Shown piece after piece: positions 1-12,005 of a DNA stretch of 64,000 nt. A program made the translations under genes and the position numbers. The DNA is taken from assembly GCA_965153455.1 (NCBI GenBank), contig OZ234493.1, positions 36,818,213-36,882,212 of the forward strand, given 5' to 3'. Under the pieces are notes generated by a model, which saw nothing but the letters and a program-made list of their open reading frames with translations, was not told where the DNA came from and ran no database searches. Position 1 is the stretch's first letter; each line of letters opens with the position of its first letter. The stretch is from Sphagnum compactum. Lineage: Eukaryota.

Positions 1-245
1 TGGCTTGTCCCAACACCCAAGGGTGTTCCCGAATGTGAACTAACCCATTTATGGTTGGTTTTGGATGGAGATTCGTGCTTGATCTACTAGTCCATCTTCC
101 TAGTCTAATCCCAGGGCTCCCAACTCGACCCTCTACCCCTTTCTAGAGTTGGAAGTCGGGAGCGTGCCCCTTGGGTCCCCACTTTCCGCAACTTCACATT
201 GGTGAACCCTTAAGTGGGTTCACCCCGGGACCAAGGAGCGCGTCA
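1..245 (+). repeat. 5' LTR (3' part only) of copy 1, LTR family A
   Basis: Near-identical to about 6125-6369 and ends in CA just before the PBS. Confidence 0.95.
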
Positions 246-247
246 CG

Positions 248-259
248 TGGTATCAGAGC
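248..259 (+). promoter_or_regulatory. Primer binding site (initiator tRNA-Met)
   Basis: TGGTATCAGAGC, 2 nt after the LTR; the canonical complement of the tRNA-iMet 3' end. Confidence 0.93.
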
Positions 260-288
260 TCAAGGTGAAGCTGAACGACATTTTTGGG

Positions 289-3200
289 ATGGCACCCAAG
301 AAGAACCGGAAGCTAGCCCCAGAGCCTAGGTCCGAGGAGCCCATCGATGACCTAGTAGCCCCGCCGGAATCAATTGGGGAGGAACCAAACTTCCGGGAGG
401 ACCAAGATGAGCCCGAGGTTGAACCCGAGAGTGAGGAGGAACAACGGAGCTCGGTCCTATTCACCCCGGAGCAACTTGAAATCCTCCTCAAGATGAATAG
501 GCCCGACTTTGGTGAGTTGGTGGCGGCCCTCAAAACGGGGGCCTCCAAAGGCGAAAGGTTTCAACCGGCCAAGCCCGGGAATTTCGATGGTGCCCGAGAC
601 CGTAAGGTGGTGGATGCTTGGCTTGCGGAAATAGATGATTATATCCATGCCACCAAGGTTGGACGGAATTTCGCCGTGGAGCTTGCCCAATCCTACTTGA
701 AAGGCTATGCCGCCACATGGTGGCGGACGGTGAGACAAGAGGAGGGCAAGAACCATGGCTATACGTGGGAGTTTTTCAAGGATCGCATTAAGGCGGAGTT
801 CATTCCGAGAAACTCCAACTACATCTCAAGGTGCAAACTCCGCGACCTTGTGAATGCCACAAATGAAAATTTGAGGCAATATGTGAGGGCCTATTCCGAA
901 CTCATGGTGGAGATCCGGCACATGCACGAGTTGGATCGTGTGTGCCAATTCGTGATGGGACTTCCGACTTGGGCCAAGCGAAAGCTTGAGGAGAGTTGGC
1001 CCGCCTCATTATCCGAGGCCATCACGAAAGTGGAGAACTTCTCGGATGTGGGGCGGAGCGACAAATCCGGGTTCAAGAAGGACAACAAGTTCCTTCACAA
1101 AAAGCCAAGGCATGAGGGGGAATGGAACCGGGGGCAAGGTAGCCCAACCAAGGATAAGCCAAAACAATTCCAAGGCTCGGGGTTCAAGCCAAATGGTAGC
1201 TTTGTGAAAAAAGGGGCTCCTTTCAAAGGGAGCCAAACTAAGGGAGACTTTGGAGCAAAGCCCAAGGGTGCATGTTTCAATTGCAACGAGGTGGGGCATT
1301 ACTCCAAAGATTGTCCCAAATCCAAAACGGGGGTTGGGAGCTCTAAGGTACTTGCTCTCAATGCCACTTTAGCCCAACCGGAATGCAATCGACTTATATT
1401 CTTGAAAGGGAAGATTGCTAAACGAGAAATCTTATGTCTTTTGGACACAGGGGCCTCCCACAACTTCATAACTCGGGAGAGCGCCGAAAGGATGGAGCTC
1501 CACTTGGAGGAGCTCAAGGCACCCATTGAGATGCATTTCGCGGATGGGGTTCCCCATCCAACTACACTACAAGCAAAGGGAGTGCCTCTCCTATTGGGAA
1601 ATTGGAGAGGAAAGGTGAACTTGTTGGTTTCCACCTTGGGTGGAATGGATTGCGTTCTCGGAATGGAGTTCATCACCCAAAACAATGTGCTCATAGAAGG
1701 GCACAATAGGTTGGTTAGAATCCCATCTAAAAGTGGGATTGTACGAGTTAAGGCACATGAGTTGCCTTGTGTGGGTGGTTCGACCATCCACTTCATGTTA
1801 GGAAAAGCTTGGGAAAGAGAATGCGTGGGGGGTTTCGGCATGATGTGTGTCATGCGGGTGTTGGACGAATATGAGCCCGAGGGAGCCACCAAGTTGGTGA
1901 CTTCCGCCAAGTGCATAAAGCAAGTCTTACAAGAGTTCCCGGATGTGATGCCCGAAGACTTGCCCGAAGACTTGCCCCCGAGAAGACGAGTTGATCATGC
2001 GATTGAAGTGATACCGGGAGTGGAACCGCCCGCCAAGGCCCCATATAGAATGAGCCACGAGGAGTTGAAGGAACTCAAGGTTCAACTTGAGGAACTCCTC
2101 GCGAAAGGTTACATCAAACCAAACAAGTCACCATATGGGGCACCCGTCCTTTTTGTTCACAAGAAGGATGGGACTTTGAGGATGTGTGTGGATTATAGAG
2201 CACTCAATAAGGCAACGGTGAAAAACCGTTATCCTTTACCTCGCATCGATGATCTATTTGATCGTCTCTCGGGAGCCAAGGTTTTTAGTAGAATTGATCT
2301 ACGTTCGGGATATTACCAAATAAGGATTGCGGAAGGGGACGAAGAAAAGACCGCTTGTCGCACAAGGTATGGGTCATACGAGTTCTTGGTGATGCCCTTT
2401 GGGCTCACCAATGCACCCGCAACATTTTGCACCCTCATGAATGACATTTTCCGCGAATGGCTTGATGATTTGGTGGTCGTCTACATAAACGACATTTTGA
2501 TTTATAGTAGCTCCATGGAGGAGCATGCGGAGCACCTTTGCAAGGTGTTCCAAAGGCTAAGGGAAAACAAGTTGTATGCCAAGCTTGAGAAGTGCGAATT
2601 TGGGGTGACGGAAGTGGATTTCCTTGGGCATAGGATAACTCAAGATGGTTTGATGATGGATGATCACAAGGTCAAGGCGATTTTGGATTGGGAGCCGCCT
2701 AACTCGGTTCCCGCCTTGAGATCCTTTTTAGGATTGGCCTCCTATTATCGCAAGTTCATAAAGAACTTTGCGAGAATAGCGGCCCCTTTGACAAACCTCT
2801 TGAAGAAGTCCGCCGTCACTTATAATTGGGATGAAGCATGCGACGAAGCCTTTGGAATGTTGAAGGGCATTTTGGTAAAGGCGCCGGTGTAGAAGTTGCC
2901 CGACTTTGACAAGGAGTTTGAAATCCATTCCGACGCCTCCGACTTTGCAATTGGGGGTGTCATAGTGCAAGATGGAAGACCGGTGGCCTTTGAAAGCAAG
3001 AAGTTGAGTGAGACGGAGCGAAGGTGGCCAACTCACGAGAAGGAAATGTGGGCGGTCATACATTGTCTCAAAACTTGGGGCCATTACATAGGCTCCAAAG
3101 ATGTGGTGGTGTGGACCGACAATGTGACCTTGAAGTACCTCGCAACTCAACCCAAGTTGTCATCAAAACAACAAAGGTGGCAAGACACATTGGCCTTGTT

Positions 3201-4770
3201 CAATGTGGACATCCGGCACAAGCCGGGAAAGGAGAACATAGTCCCCGATGCTTTGAGCCGGAAACACCAACTTAGAGCGGTGTATGTGGGAGAGTCGGAA
3301 CTTCAAAAGGAAGTTAGATTAGCAAACCGCCGGGATGCTTTTGCTAAGGAGGCAAGGCAAAGCATCCAAAATGGAGCCAAGTCCCACTTCCACTTGAAAA
3401 ATGGATTGTTGTGGTACAAGCAAAACCGACTCTATGTGCCGGAAGGGAAAATTAGGGACACACTTTTGAAGGAATGTCACGATGGACCGCTTGCGGGCCA
3501 TGGTGGTGCAAAGCGCACCACAACATTCTTAAAGAAGTCCTACTATTGGCCCAACTTGAAGGATGATGCGGAGGAGTACGTGAAGACTTGTTTAACTTGT
3601 CAACAAAACCGGACCCTCAACAAGAAGCAAGCGGGTTTGTTGCAACCTTTGCCAATTCCCGAAGGGCCGTGGGAAAGTGTGTCAATGGACTTTATGGTAA
3701 GTTTGCCCCCTTCAAACGGGTTCGATGCCATCATGGTTGTGGTGGATCGATTAAGCAAAATGGCACACTTCATTCCCACAAAGGATGAAGCCACGGCTCA
3801 AGAGACGGGGAGGTTGTTCTTCTTCCACATTTTCAAGCATCATGGCCTTCCAAAGGACATAGTGTCGGATCGGGATCCGAAGTTCACGAGTAAGTTTTGG
3901 AGGGCCTTGTGGAAGCGAATGGGGTCGGAACTCAAAATGAGCATTTCATTCCGCCCCCAAACCGATGGACAAACCGAGAGGGTGAACTTGGTGATCCAAC
4001 AATTCCTAAGGAATTACGTGGCGGCGGATCAACAAAATTGGGTGGACCATTTGGAGTTAGCCGAGTTTTGTTACAACAACTCGGTACACTCCGCAACGGG
4101 ATTCACCCCATTCCAAATGGTGACGGGCAAGTCACCAATTGTGCCCATGACTTGGGCCGCACAAGGACAACCTTCGATTGATGCAAGTGAGGAAGTGCCA
4201 ATGGTCACACAACTTGATGAAGAAAGAAAGCGCTTGTGGGAGTTGGCAAAAGCCAACTTGGAAAAGGCGCACAAAAGGTACAAGGATTCTGCGGACAAGT
4301 CCCGACGAGAGGTGAAGTTTCAAGAAGGAGACGAGGTGTGATTGAACATAAAGAACTTCCGGTTGCCCGAAGGGTTAAGTCATAAGTTTATGGGCCCATT
4401 TGCGGGTCCATTCAAAGTATTGGAAAAGAAACTTTCCGACACTTATAAATTAGAACTTCCGGAAAATCTTAGAGTTCATCCCACATTTCATGTTTCCCTT
4501 TTGAAGCCGGTCTCCCGCGACACCTCAAGGCCTAATAGAGAGCACCATTCAAGGCCTCCACCGGACTTGGTTCATAATGAACCAGAGTTTGAGGTAGAGG
4601 CCGTGCTCAAATCGAGGCAACTTAGAGGGCGAGAGCGGGAATATTTAGTTAAGTGGAAAGGTTACCATGCAATAGAGGCTTCTTGGGTGAATGAATCCGA
4701 CATGGAACATGCCCAAGAAGCCATAGAAAAATTCCACACTAGACCGGCGAAGAAAAGACGTAGAGCGTGA
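289..4770 (+). pseudogene. gag-pol polyprotein (Gag, zinc knuckle, protease, RT, RNase H, integrase, chromodomain) with two in-frame stops
   Basis: ATG at 289. Motifs: [30 protein letters not shown] (YIDD in the other copies), [10 protein letters not shown], integrase H-H-C-C, SDRD and GPF, chromodomain EFEVEAVLKSR..YLVKWKGY..SW. Stops are TAG 2890-2892 (TTG in other copies) and TGA 4339-4341 (TGG in other copies). Confidence 0.96.
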
Positions 4771-5536
4771 TGAGGACATCACCTTTCTTTTAGAGGGGGA
4801 GAGTTTCATAAAATGTACCACATCAAGTTGCAAGTGAAATAAAAAGGGCTTTAAAACTTCCAAGAGATTGTATCATGAAAAATTTGTTAAGGCAAATAGG
4901 GTTGTGGCATGGACAAATAGAACTCTCTTGCGTAGGCCCAAATCAAAATCGGACTCCTACTTTGGGGTTGAGGAAACTTGGCCCCAAAAGAGGAGGCAAG
5001 CAAGGTGAGCTTGCGGGGACATGCACATGCTTTAAGTGCATCCCAAAGGGTTGGTTGGTAGTGTGGCCAACGCGGGAAGTCATGACCCCGCTCGCATACT
5101 TTAAGTGTAGTTTGGGACTTGGGTTTGGCAAACCTAAGTGTTGCTTCTCGTACCTTGATAAGCAAACCTTTTAGTTAAGGCTTGGTTGTTTTCACCAAGG
5201 CGCGAGATAAGAAAAGGAGTCATGTTAGTTAGCTTAGGTCAAGAGTAGACTTGACTTAAGTCCTCATGAAGGGAAGGATGGAAAAAGGTTCCTCCCAAAT
5301 GAGGGCTTCGTCAATTAGACTAGTTTAGTCTTTTGACGAAGCAAAGAAAGAGGGTTCCCTACAAGACCTTCTTGGACTTGTCAAGAAAGTGTTGGAAACT
5401 TAGGGACGCCTAAGTTAGCTTGAGACAAGGTCCGAGCCGCAAGAGTCGGCAAATGGCCAAGGATCCAAAAGAAAGCAATTGCAATTGTATGAAGGAAAAT
5501 TCTAAGTGTCAATGAGGACATTGACCTCTTTCTTCT

Positions 5537-5548
5537 AGTGGGGGAGAG
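5537..5548 (+). promoter_or_regulatory. Polypurine tract of copy 1
   Basis: AGTGGGGGAGAG directly abuts the TG start of the 3' LTR. Confidence 0.9.
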
Positions 5549-6369
5549 TGTCTTAACCCCACTTTGTCCAAGTGTGGGGGTGAAGCCCAACACTTGGAAA
5601 AGTTGGAGGTTTGGAGTTCTCCGGGACTCCCGAATGTTCAGAGCCCAACAGCAAGGCCCAAAACACCTCGCATTGGGGTGTTCTTGGTGTCATTGGAAAG
5701 GTCTTGAAACGTAAATATCGAAAATGGCCTCGCATTGGCCATTTGGACATCTAAAGCCCAAGTTATAGGCAAAAGAAGGGCCGGGAGTCAAACTGGCAGT
5801 TTGACTCCCGACCAGTAAAAGTCAGGAATCGACCCTTTCCCGACGTCGCCTTTGGGAGTGCGACATGGCGTTGGAAAGATCTTGACAAGGGCTACAACTT
5901 TGATTGAGATCTTGTTGCGATCGGATTTCAGAATCGGGAGTTATGATCATTCAAAGTCCCGGGAGTCCCGCCGGGACAATTTCGGGACTCCATTTCGGGA
6001 GTCCCAACAAAATGTGCCATTTGGATGTAGCCTCCGTGGTGAGCTGCAGAGATAACTATAAGGGGGAAGGTGGTGGCTTCCCCCAAGTCCGGGCCGTGGT
6101 GAGTCAAGTAGTCCGAAGTGCCCGTGGCTTGTCCCAACACCCAAGGGTGTTCCCGAATGTGAACTAACCCATTTGTGGTTGGTTTTGGATGCAGATTCGT
6201 GCTTGATCTACTAGTCCATCTTCCTAGTCTAATCCCGGGGCTCCTAACTCGACCCTCTACCCCTTTCTAGAGTTGGAAGTCGGGAGCGTGCCCCTTGGGT
6301 CCCCACTTTCCGCAACTTCACATTGGTGAACCCTTAAGTGGGTTTACCCCGGGACCAAGGAGCGCGTCA
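5549..6369 (+). repeat. 3' LTR of copy 1 (family A, about 820 bp)
   Basis: Runs TGTCTTAACCCC...GCGCGTCA, with a TATAA at about 6057 followed by a G/C hairpin. Confidence 0.96.
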
Positions 6370-6618
6370 TTTAGGGAGCTGGAATTAGGGCCTTATGGCC
6401 TAATCAGTACTTTCAATTTTTTGTGGGATGGTCGCCCACTTTTATTGGGGGCTGTAAAGGCTAGCAATTTAAATCCACTTCCATTCCAGGCTCACCTTAA
6501 ATGGGCTCGTGACCTTTACCTCCAATTGCTTGAGCCTATGTCTTTCCATTTGAATAACTATAAAAAAGTAAAACAAATCATTTTCAAGAGAGCAACTCAA
6601 AGAGCATGCATGACCATT

Positions 6619-7438
6619 TGACGCGCTCCTTGGTCCCGGGTTGAACCCACTTGAGGGTTCACCAATGTGAAGTTGCGGAAAGTGGGGACCGAAGGGCACG
6701 CTCCCGACTTCCAACTCTAGAAAGGGGTAGAGGGTCGAGTTGGAAGCCACGGGATTAGACTAGGAAGATGGACTAGTAGATCAAGCACGAATCTGCATCC
6801 AAAACCAACCACAAATGGGTTAGTTCACATTCGGGAACACCCTTGGGTGTTGGGACAAGCCACGGGCACTTTGGACTACTTAACTCACCACGGCCCGGAC
6901 TTGGGGGAAGCCACCACCTTCCCCCTTATAGTTATCTGTGCAGCTCACCACGGAGGCTACATCCAAATGGCACATTTTGTTGGGACTCCCGAAATGGAGT
7001 CCCGAAATTGTCCCGGCGGGACTCCTGGGACTTTGAACGGTCATAACTCTCGATTTCGAAGTCCGATCGCAACAAGGTCTAAATCAAAGCTGTAGCCCTC
7101 GTCGAGATCTTTCCAACGCCATGTCGCACTCCCTGAGGCGACGTCGGCAAAGGGTCGATTCCTGACTTTTAGTGGTCGGGAGTCAAACTGCCAGTTTGAC
7201 TCCTGGCCCTTCTTTTGACCATAACTTGGGCTGCAGATGTCCGAATGGCCAATGCGAGACCATTTTCGATATCTACGTTTCAAGACCTTTCCAATGACAC
7301 GAAGAACACCCCAATGCGAGGTGTTTTGCCGCTTGCTGTCGAGCCCTGAACATTCGGGAGTCCCGGAGGACTCCAAACCTCCAACTTTTCCAAGTGTTGG
7401 GCTTCACCCCCACACTTGGACAAAGTGGGGTTAAGACA
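6619..7438 (-). repeat. 3' LTR of copy 2 (family A)
   Basis: Reverse complement of 5549-6369, adjacent to the PPT complement CTCTCCCCCACT. Confidence 0.96.
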
Positions 7439-9039
7439 CTCTCCCCCACTAGAAGAAAGAGGTCAATGTCCTCATTGACATTTAGAATTTTCCTTCATAC
7501 AATTGCAATTGCTTTCTTTTGGATCCTTGGCCATTTGACGACTCTTGTGGCTCGGACCTTGTCTCAAGCTAACTTAGGCGTCCCCAAGTTTCCAACACTT
7601 TCTTGACAAGTCCAAGAAGGTCTTGTAGGGAACCCTCTTTCTTTGCTTCGTCAAAAGACTAAACTAGTCTAATTGACGAAGCCCTCATTTGGGAGGAACC
7701 TTTTTCCATCCTTCCCTTCATGAGGACTTAAGTCAAGTCTACTCTTGACCTAAGCTACTTGACATGACTCCTTTTCCTATCTCGCGCCTTCGTCACAACA
7801 ACCAAGCCTTAACTAAAAGGTTTGCTTATCAAGGTACGAGAAGCAACACTTAGGTTTGCCAAACCCAAGTCCCAAACTACACTTAAAGTATGCGAACGAG
7901 GTCATGACTTCCCGCGTTGGCCACACTACCAACCAACCCTTTGGGATGCACTTAAAGCATGTGCATGTCCCCGCAAGCTCACCTTGCTTGCCTCCTCTTT
8001 TGGGGCCAAGTTTCCTCAACCCCAAAGTAGGAGTCCGATTTTGATTTGGGCCTACGCAAGAGAGTTCTATTTGTCCATGCCACAACCCTATTTGCCTTAA
8101 CAAATTTTTCATGATACAATCTCTTGGAAGTTTTAAAGCCCTTTTTATTTCACTTGCAACTTGATGTGGTACATTTTATGAAACTCTCCCCCTCTAAAAG
8201 AAAGGTGATGTCCTCATCACGCTCTACGTCTTTTATTTGCCGGTCTAGTGTGGAATTCTTCTATGGCTTCTTGGGCATGTTCCATGTCGGATTCATTCAC
8301 CCAAGAAGCCTCTATTGCATGGTAGCCTTTCCACTTAACTAAGTATTCCCGCTCTCGCCCTCTAAGTTGCCTTGATTTGAGCACGGCCTCTACCTCAAAC
8401 TCTGGTTCATTATGAACCAAGTCCGGTGGAGGCCTTGAATGATGCTCTCTATTAGGCCTTGAGGCGTCGCAGGAGACCGGCTTCAAAAGGGAAATATGAA
8501 ATGTGGGATGAACTCTAAGATTTTCCGGTAATTCTAACTTATAAGTGTCGGAAAGTTTCTTTTCCAACACTTTGAATGGACCCGCAAATGGGCCCATAAA
8601 CTTATGACTTAACCCTTCGGGCAACCGGAAGTTCTTTATGTTCAACCACACCTCGTCTCCTTCTTGAAACTTCACCTCTCGTCGGGACTTGTCCGCAAAA
8701 TCCTTGTACCTTTTGTGCGCCTTTTCCAAGTTGGCTTTTGCCAACTCCCACAAGCGCTTTCTTTCTTCATCAAGTTGTGTGACCATTGGCACTTCCTCAC
8801 TTGCATCAATCGAAGGTTGTCCTTGTGCGGCCCAAGTCATGGGCACAATTGGTGACTTGCCCGTCACCATTTGGAATGGGGTGGATCCCGTTGCGGAGTG
8901 TACCGAGTTGTTGTAACAAAACTCGGCTAACTCCAAATGGTCCACCCAATTTTGTTGATCCGTCGCCATGTAATTCCTTAGGAATTGTTGGATCACCAAG
9001 TTCACCCTCTCGGTTTGTCCATCGGTTTGACGGCGGAAT

Positions 9040-10127
9040 TGTCGCAACCCTAGCCTTTGGCTTGCGACCAAGGCAAGGGGGTTGTGAGGTTGCGGGCCTA
9101 GTAGTAGACCCGGGAGGCACATCACATGCTCCCGGGAGTGCAAGGAGTGCAAAGAGTCCAGAGAGTGTGAGGGAGTGAACCCTCACACTCCCAAGTGAAC
9201 TCCCACGTTGGGAGTTGGTGAGAGTTGGAGTCCCGGAGGGACTCCCGAAACTTCAGAGAGCGTTTTGAGGGGTCAAAACTCCATGGCTTGTTTTGCACTT
9301 TATATCAATGGAAAGCTCTTGAAGTGTAGATGTCCAAAATGGGCTCGCATTGCTCATTTGGACATCTGAAACACAAGTTATGGCCAAAAGAAGGCCCGGG
9401 AGTCGAATTCCCGGGAGTCGTCCAGTTTTGACTCCCGACCACTAAAAGTCGGGAATCGACCCGAAATACTGGGCTGCAGAGGACGTGCGACATACCGTTG
9501 GAAAGGTCTCGACGAGATCTACAACTTTGCTTCAGACCGCATCGCGATCCGAGGTCTGCTCGCAAAGTTATGGGGCTCCAAAGTCGCGGGAGTCCCATTT
9601 GGCGCGATTTCGGGACTCCCACTCGGGAGTCCCGGGAAAAATAGCCATTTGGATGTAGCCTCCGTGGAGTCACAGAGTATACTATAAGGGGGGAAGTGGT
9701 TGGCTTCCCCAAGGGGGAAGGTGCTGGCTTCCCCACCAAAGGGAGTGAGGTGGTGGCTTACTCCCGAGCCCGGAGTGTGTGTGTGTTCAAAGTGAGTCCG
9801 AGTTCACCCGTGGCTTGTCCCAACACCAAAAAGGATTCAACATGAGTCCCAAGGGGGAAGGTGATGGCTTCCCCAAGGTCCGGGCCGTGGCTCTTCCTAG
9901 CACCAAAGGTGCTCCAACTTTGGACTAACCACTTGGAGTGGTTAATGGAGGGTCCGTGTGAGCGAGTCAAGCTTGTCAACTCTTCCTAGTCCCATCTCGG
10001 AGCTCCAACACACCCTTCTACCCCTCAAGTGTTGTGAGCTAGGGAGCGGCTCCAAGTTCCAACCGCTTCCGCATTGCCGCATACTTGGACCCTCGAGTGG
10101 GTCCACAAGGAACTTGGGAGCGCGTCA
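9040..10127 (+). mobile_element. Solo LTR, family B (1088 bp), inserted in the integrase of copy 2
   Basis: TGTCGCAACCCTAG...GAGCGCGTCA, TSD GGAAT (9035-9039 and 10128-10132), no PBS or PPT. Confidence 0.95.
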
Positions 10128-11182
10128 GGAATGAAGTGCTCATTTTGAGTTCCAACCCCATTCGCTTCCACAAGGCCCTTCAAAACTTACTCGTGAACTT
10201 TGGATCCCGATCCGACACTATGTCCTTTGGAAGGCCATGATGCTTGAAAATGTGGAAGAAGAACAACCTCCCCGTCTCTTGAGCCGTGGCTTCATCCTTT
10301 GTGGGAATGAAGTGTGCCATTTTGCTAAATCGATCCACCACAACCATGATGGCATCGAACCCCTTTGAAGGGGGCAAACTTACCATAAAGTCCATTGACA
10401 CACTTTCCAACGGCCCTTCGGGAATTGGCAAAGGTTGCAACAAACCCGCTTGCTTCTTATTGAGGGTCCGGTTTTGTTGACAAGTTAAACAAGTCTTGAC
10501 GTACTCCTCCGGATCATCCTTCAAGTTGGGCCAATAGTAGGACTTCTTTAGGAATGTTGTGGTGCGCTTTGCACCACCATGGCCCGCAAGCGGTCCATCG
10601 TGACATTCCTTCAAAAGTGTGTCCCTAATTTTCCCTTCCGGCACATAGAGTCGGTTTTGCTTGTACCATAACAATCCATTTTTCAAGTGGAAGTGGGACT
10701 TGGCTCCATTTTGGATGCTTTGCCTTGCCTCCTTGGCAAAAGCATCCCGGCGGTTTGCTAATCTAACTTCCTTTTGAAGTTCCGACTCTCCCACATACAC
10801 CGCTCTAAGTTGGTGTTTCCGGCTCAAAGCATCGGGGACTATGTTCTCCTTTCCCGGCTTGTGCCGGATGTCCACATTGAACAAGGCCAATGTGTCTTGC
10901 CACCTTTGTTGTTTTGATGACAACTTGGGTTGAGTTGCGAAATATTTCAAGGTCACATTGTCGGTCCACACCACCACATCTTTGGAGCCTATGTAATGGC
11001 CCCAAGTCTTGAGACAATGTGTGACCGCCCACATTTCCTTCTCGTGAGTTGGCCACCTTCGCTCCGTCTCACTCAACTTCTTGCTTTCAAAGGCCACCGA
11101 TCTTCCATCTTGCACTATGACACCCCCAATTGCAAAGTCGGAGGCGTCGGAATGGATTTTAAACTCCTTGTCAAAGTCGGGC

Positions 11183-12005
11183 TGTCGCAACCCCACTTTG
11201 TCCAAGTGTGGGGGTGAAGCCCAACACTTGGAAAAGTTGGAGGTTTGGAGTCCTCAGGGACTCCCGAATGTTCAGAGCTCGACAGCAAGGGGCAAAACAC
11301 ATCTTGCATTGGGGTGTTCTTGGTGTCATTGGAAAGGTCTTGAAACGTAGATATCGAAAATGGCCTCGCAATGGCCATTTGGATATCTAAAGCCCAAGTT
11401 ATGGGCAAAAGAAGGGCCGGGAGTCAAACTGGCAGTTTGACTCCCGACCACTAAATGTCAGGAATCGACCCTTTGCCGACGTTGCCTCAGGGAGTGCGAC
11501 ATGGCGTTGGAAAGATCTCGACGAGGGCTACAACTTTGGTTTAGACCTCGTCACGATCGGATTTCAGAATCGAGAGTTATGACCGTTCAAAGTCCCGGGA
11601 GTCCCGCCGGGACAATTTCGGGACTCCATTTCGGGAGTCCCAACAAAATGTGCCATTTGGATGTAGCCTCCGTGGTGAGCTGCAGAGATAACTATAAGGG
11701 GGAAGGTGGTGGCTTCCCCCAAGTCCGGGCCGTGGTGAGTCAAGTAGTCCGAAGTGCCCGTGGCTTGTCCCAACACCCAAGGGTGTTCCCGAATGTGAAC
11801 TAACCCATTTATGGTTGGTTTTGGATGCAGATTTGTGCTTGATCTATTAGTCCATCTTCCTAGTCTAATCCCGGGGCTTCCAACTCGACCCTCTACCCCT
11901 TTCTAGAGTTGGAAGTCGGGAGCGTGCCCCTTGGGTCCCCACTTTCCGCAACTTCACATTGGTGAACCCTCAAGTGGGTTCACCCCGGGACCAAGGAGCG
12001 CGTCA
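11183..12005 (+). mobile_element. Solo LTR, family A (823 bp), inserted at the RT/RNase H boundary of copy 2
   Basis: TGTCGCAACCCC...GCGCGTCA, TSD CGGGC (11178-11182 and 12006-12010). Confidence 0.95.

Larger units (their letters stand above)
1..6369 (+). mobile_element. Ty3/Gypsy chromovirus LTR retrotransposon, copy 1 (5' LTR truncated by the window edge)
   Basis: 5' LTR tail ends GCGCGTCA at 245, followed by PBS, a gag-pol frame with chromodomain, PPT and 3' LTR 5549-6369. The TSD cannot be tested; the right flank is TTTAG. Confidence 0.97.

Noticed and set aside
2890-2892. In-frame stops in gag-pol as programmed readthrough sites
   Set aside because: Stop positions differ in each copy and are sense codons in the others, so they are mutations.
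4875-5174. 99-aa ORF (and its antisense 92-aa ORF) after pol, open in all three copies, as an env-like or accessory gene
   Set aside because: The copies are too similar for persistence to imply selection, both strands are open, and there is no signal peptide, TM segment or motif.
5553-6167. Recurrent short ORFs inside LTRs (MSKWPMRGHF.., MALERSRRG.., MLGQATG..)
   Set aside because: They are incidental frames repeated because the LTR is repeated; starts and stops vary among copies.
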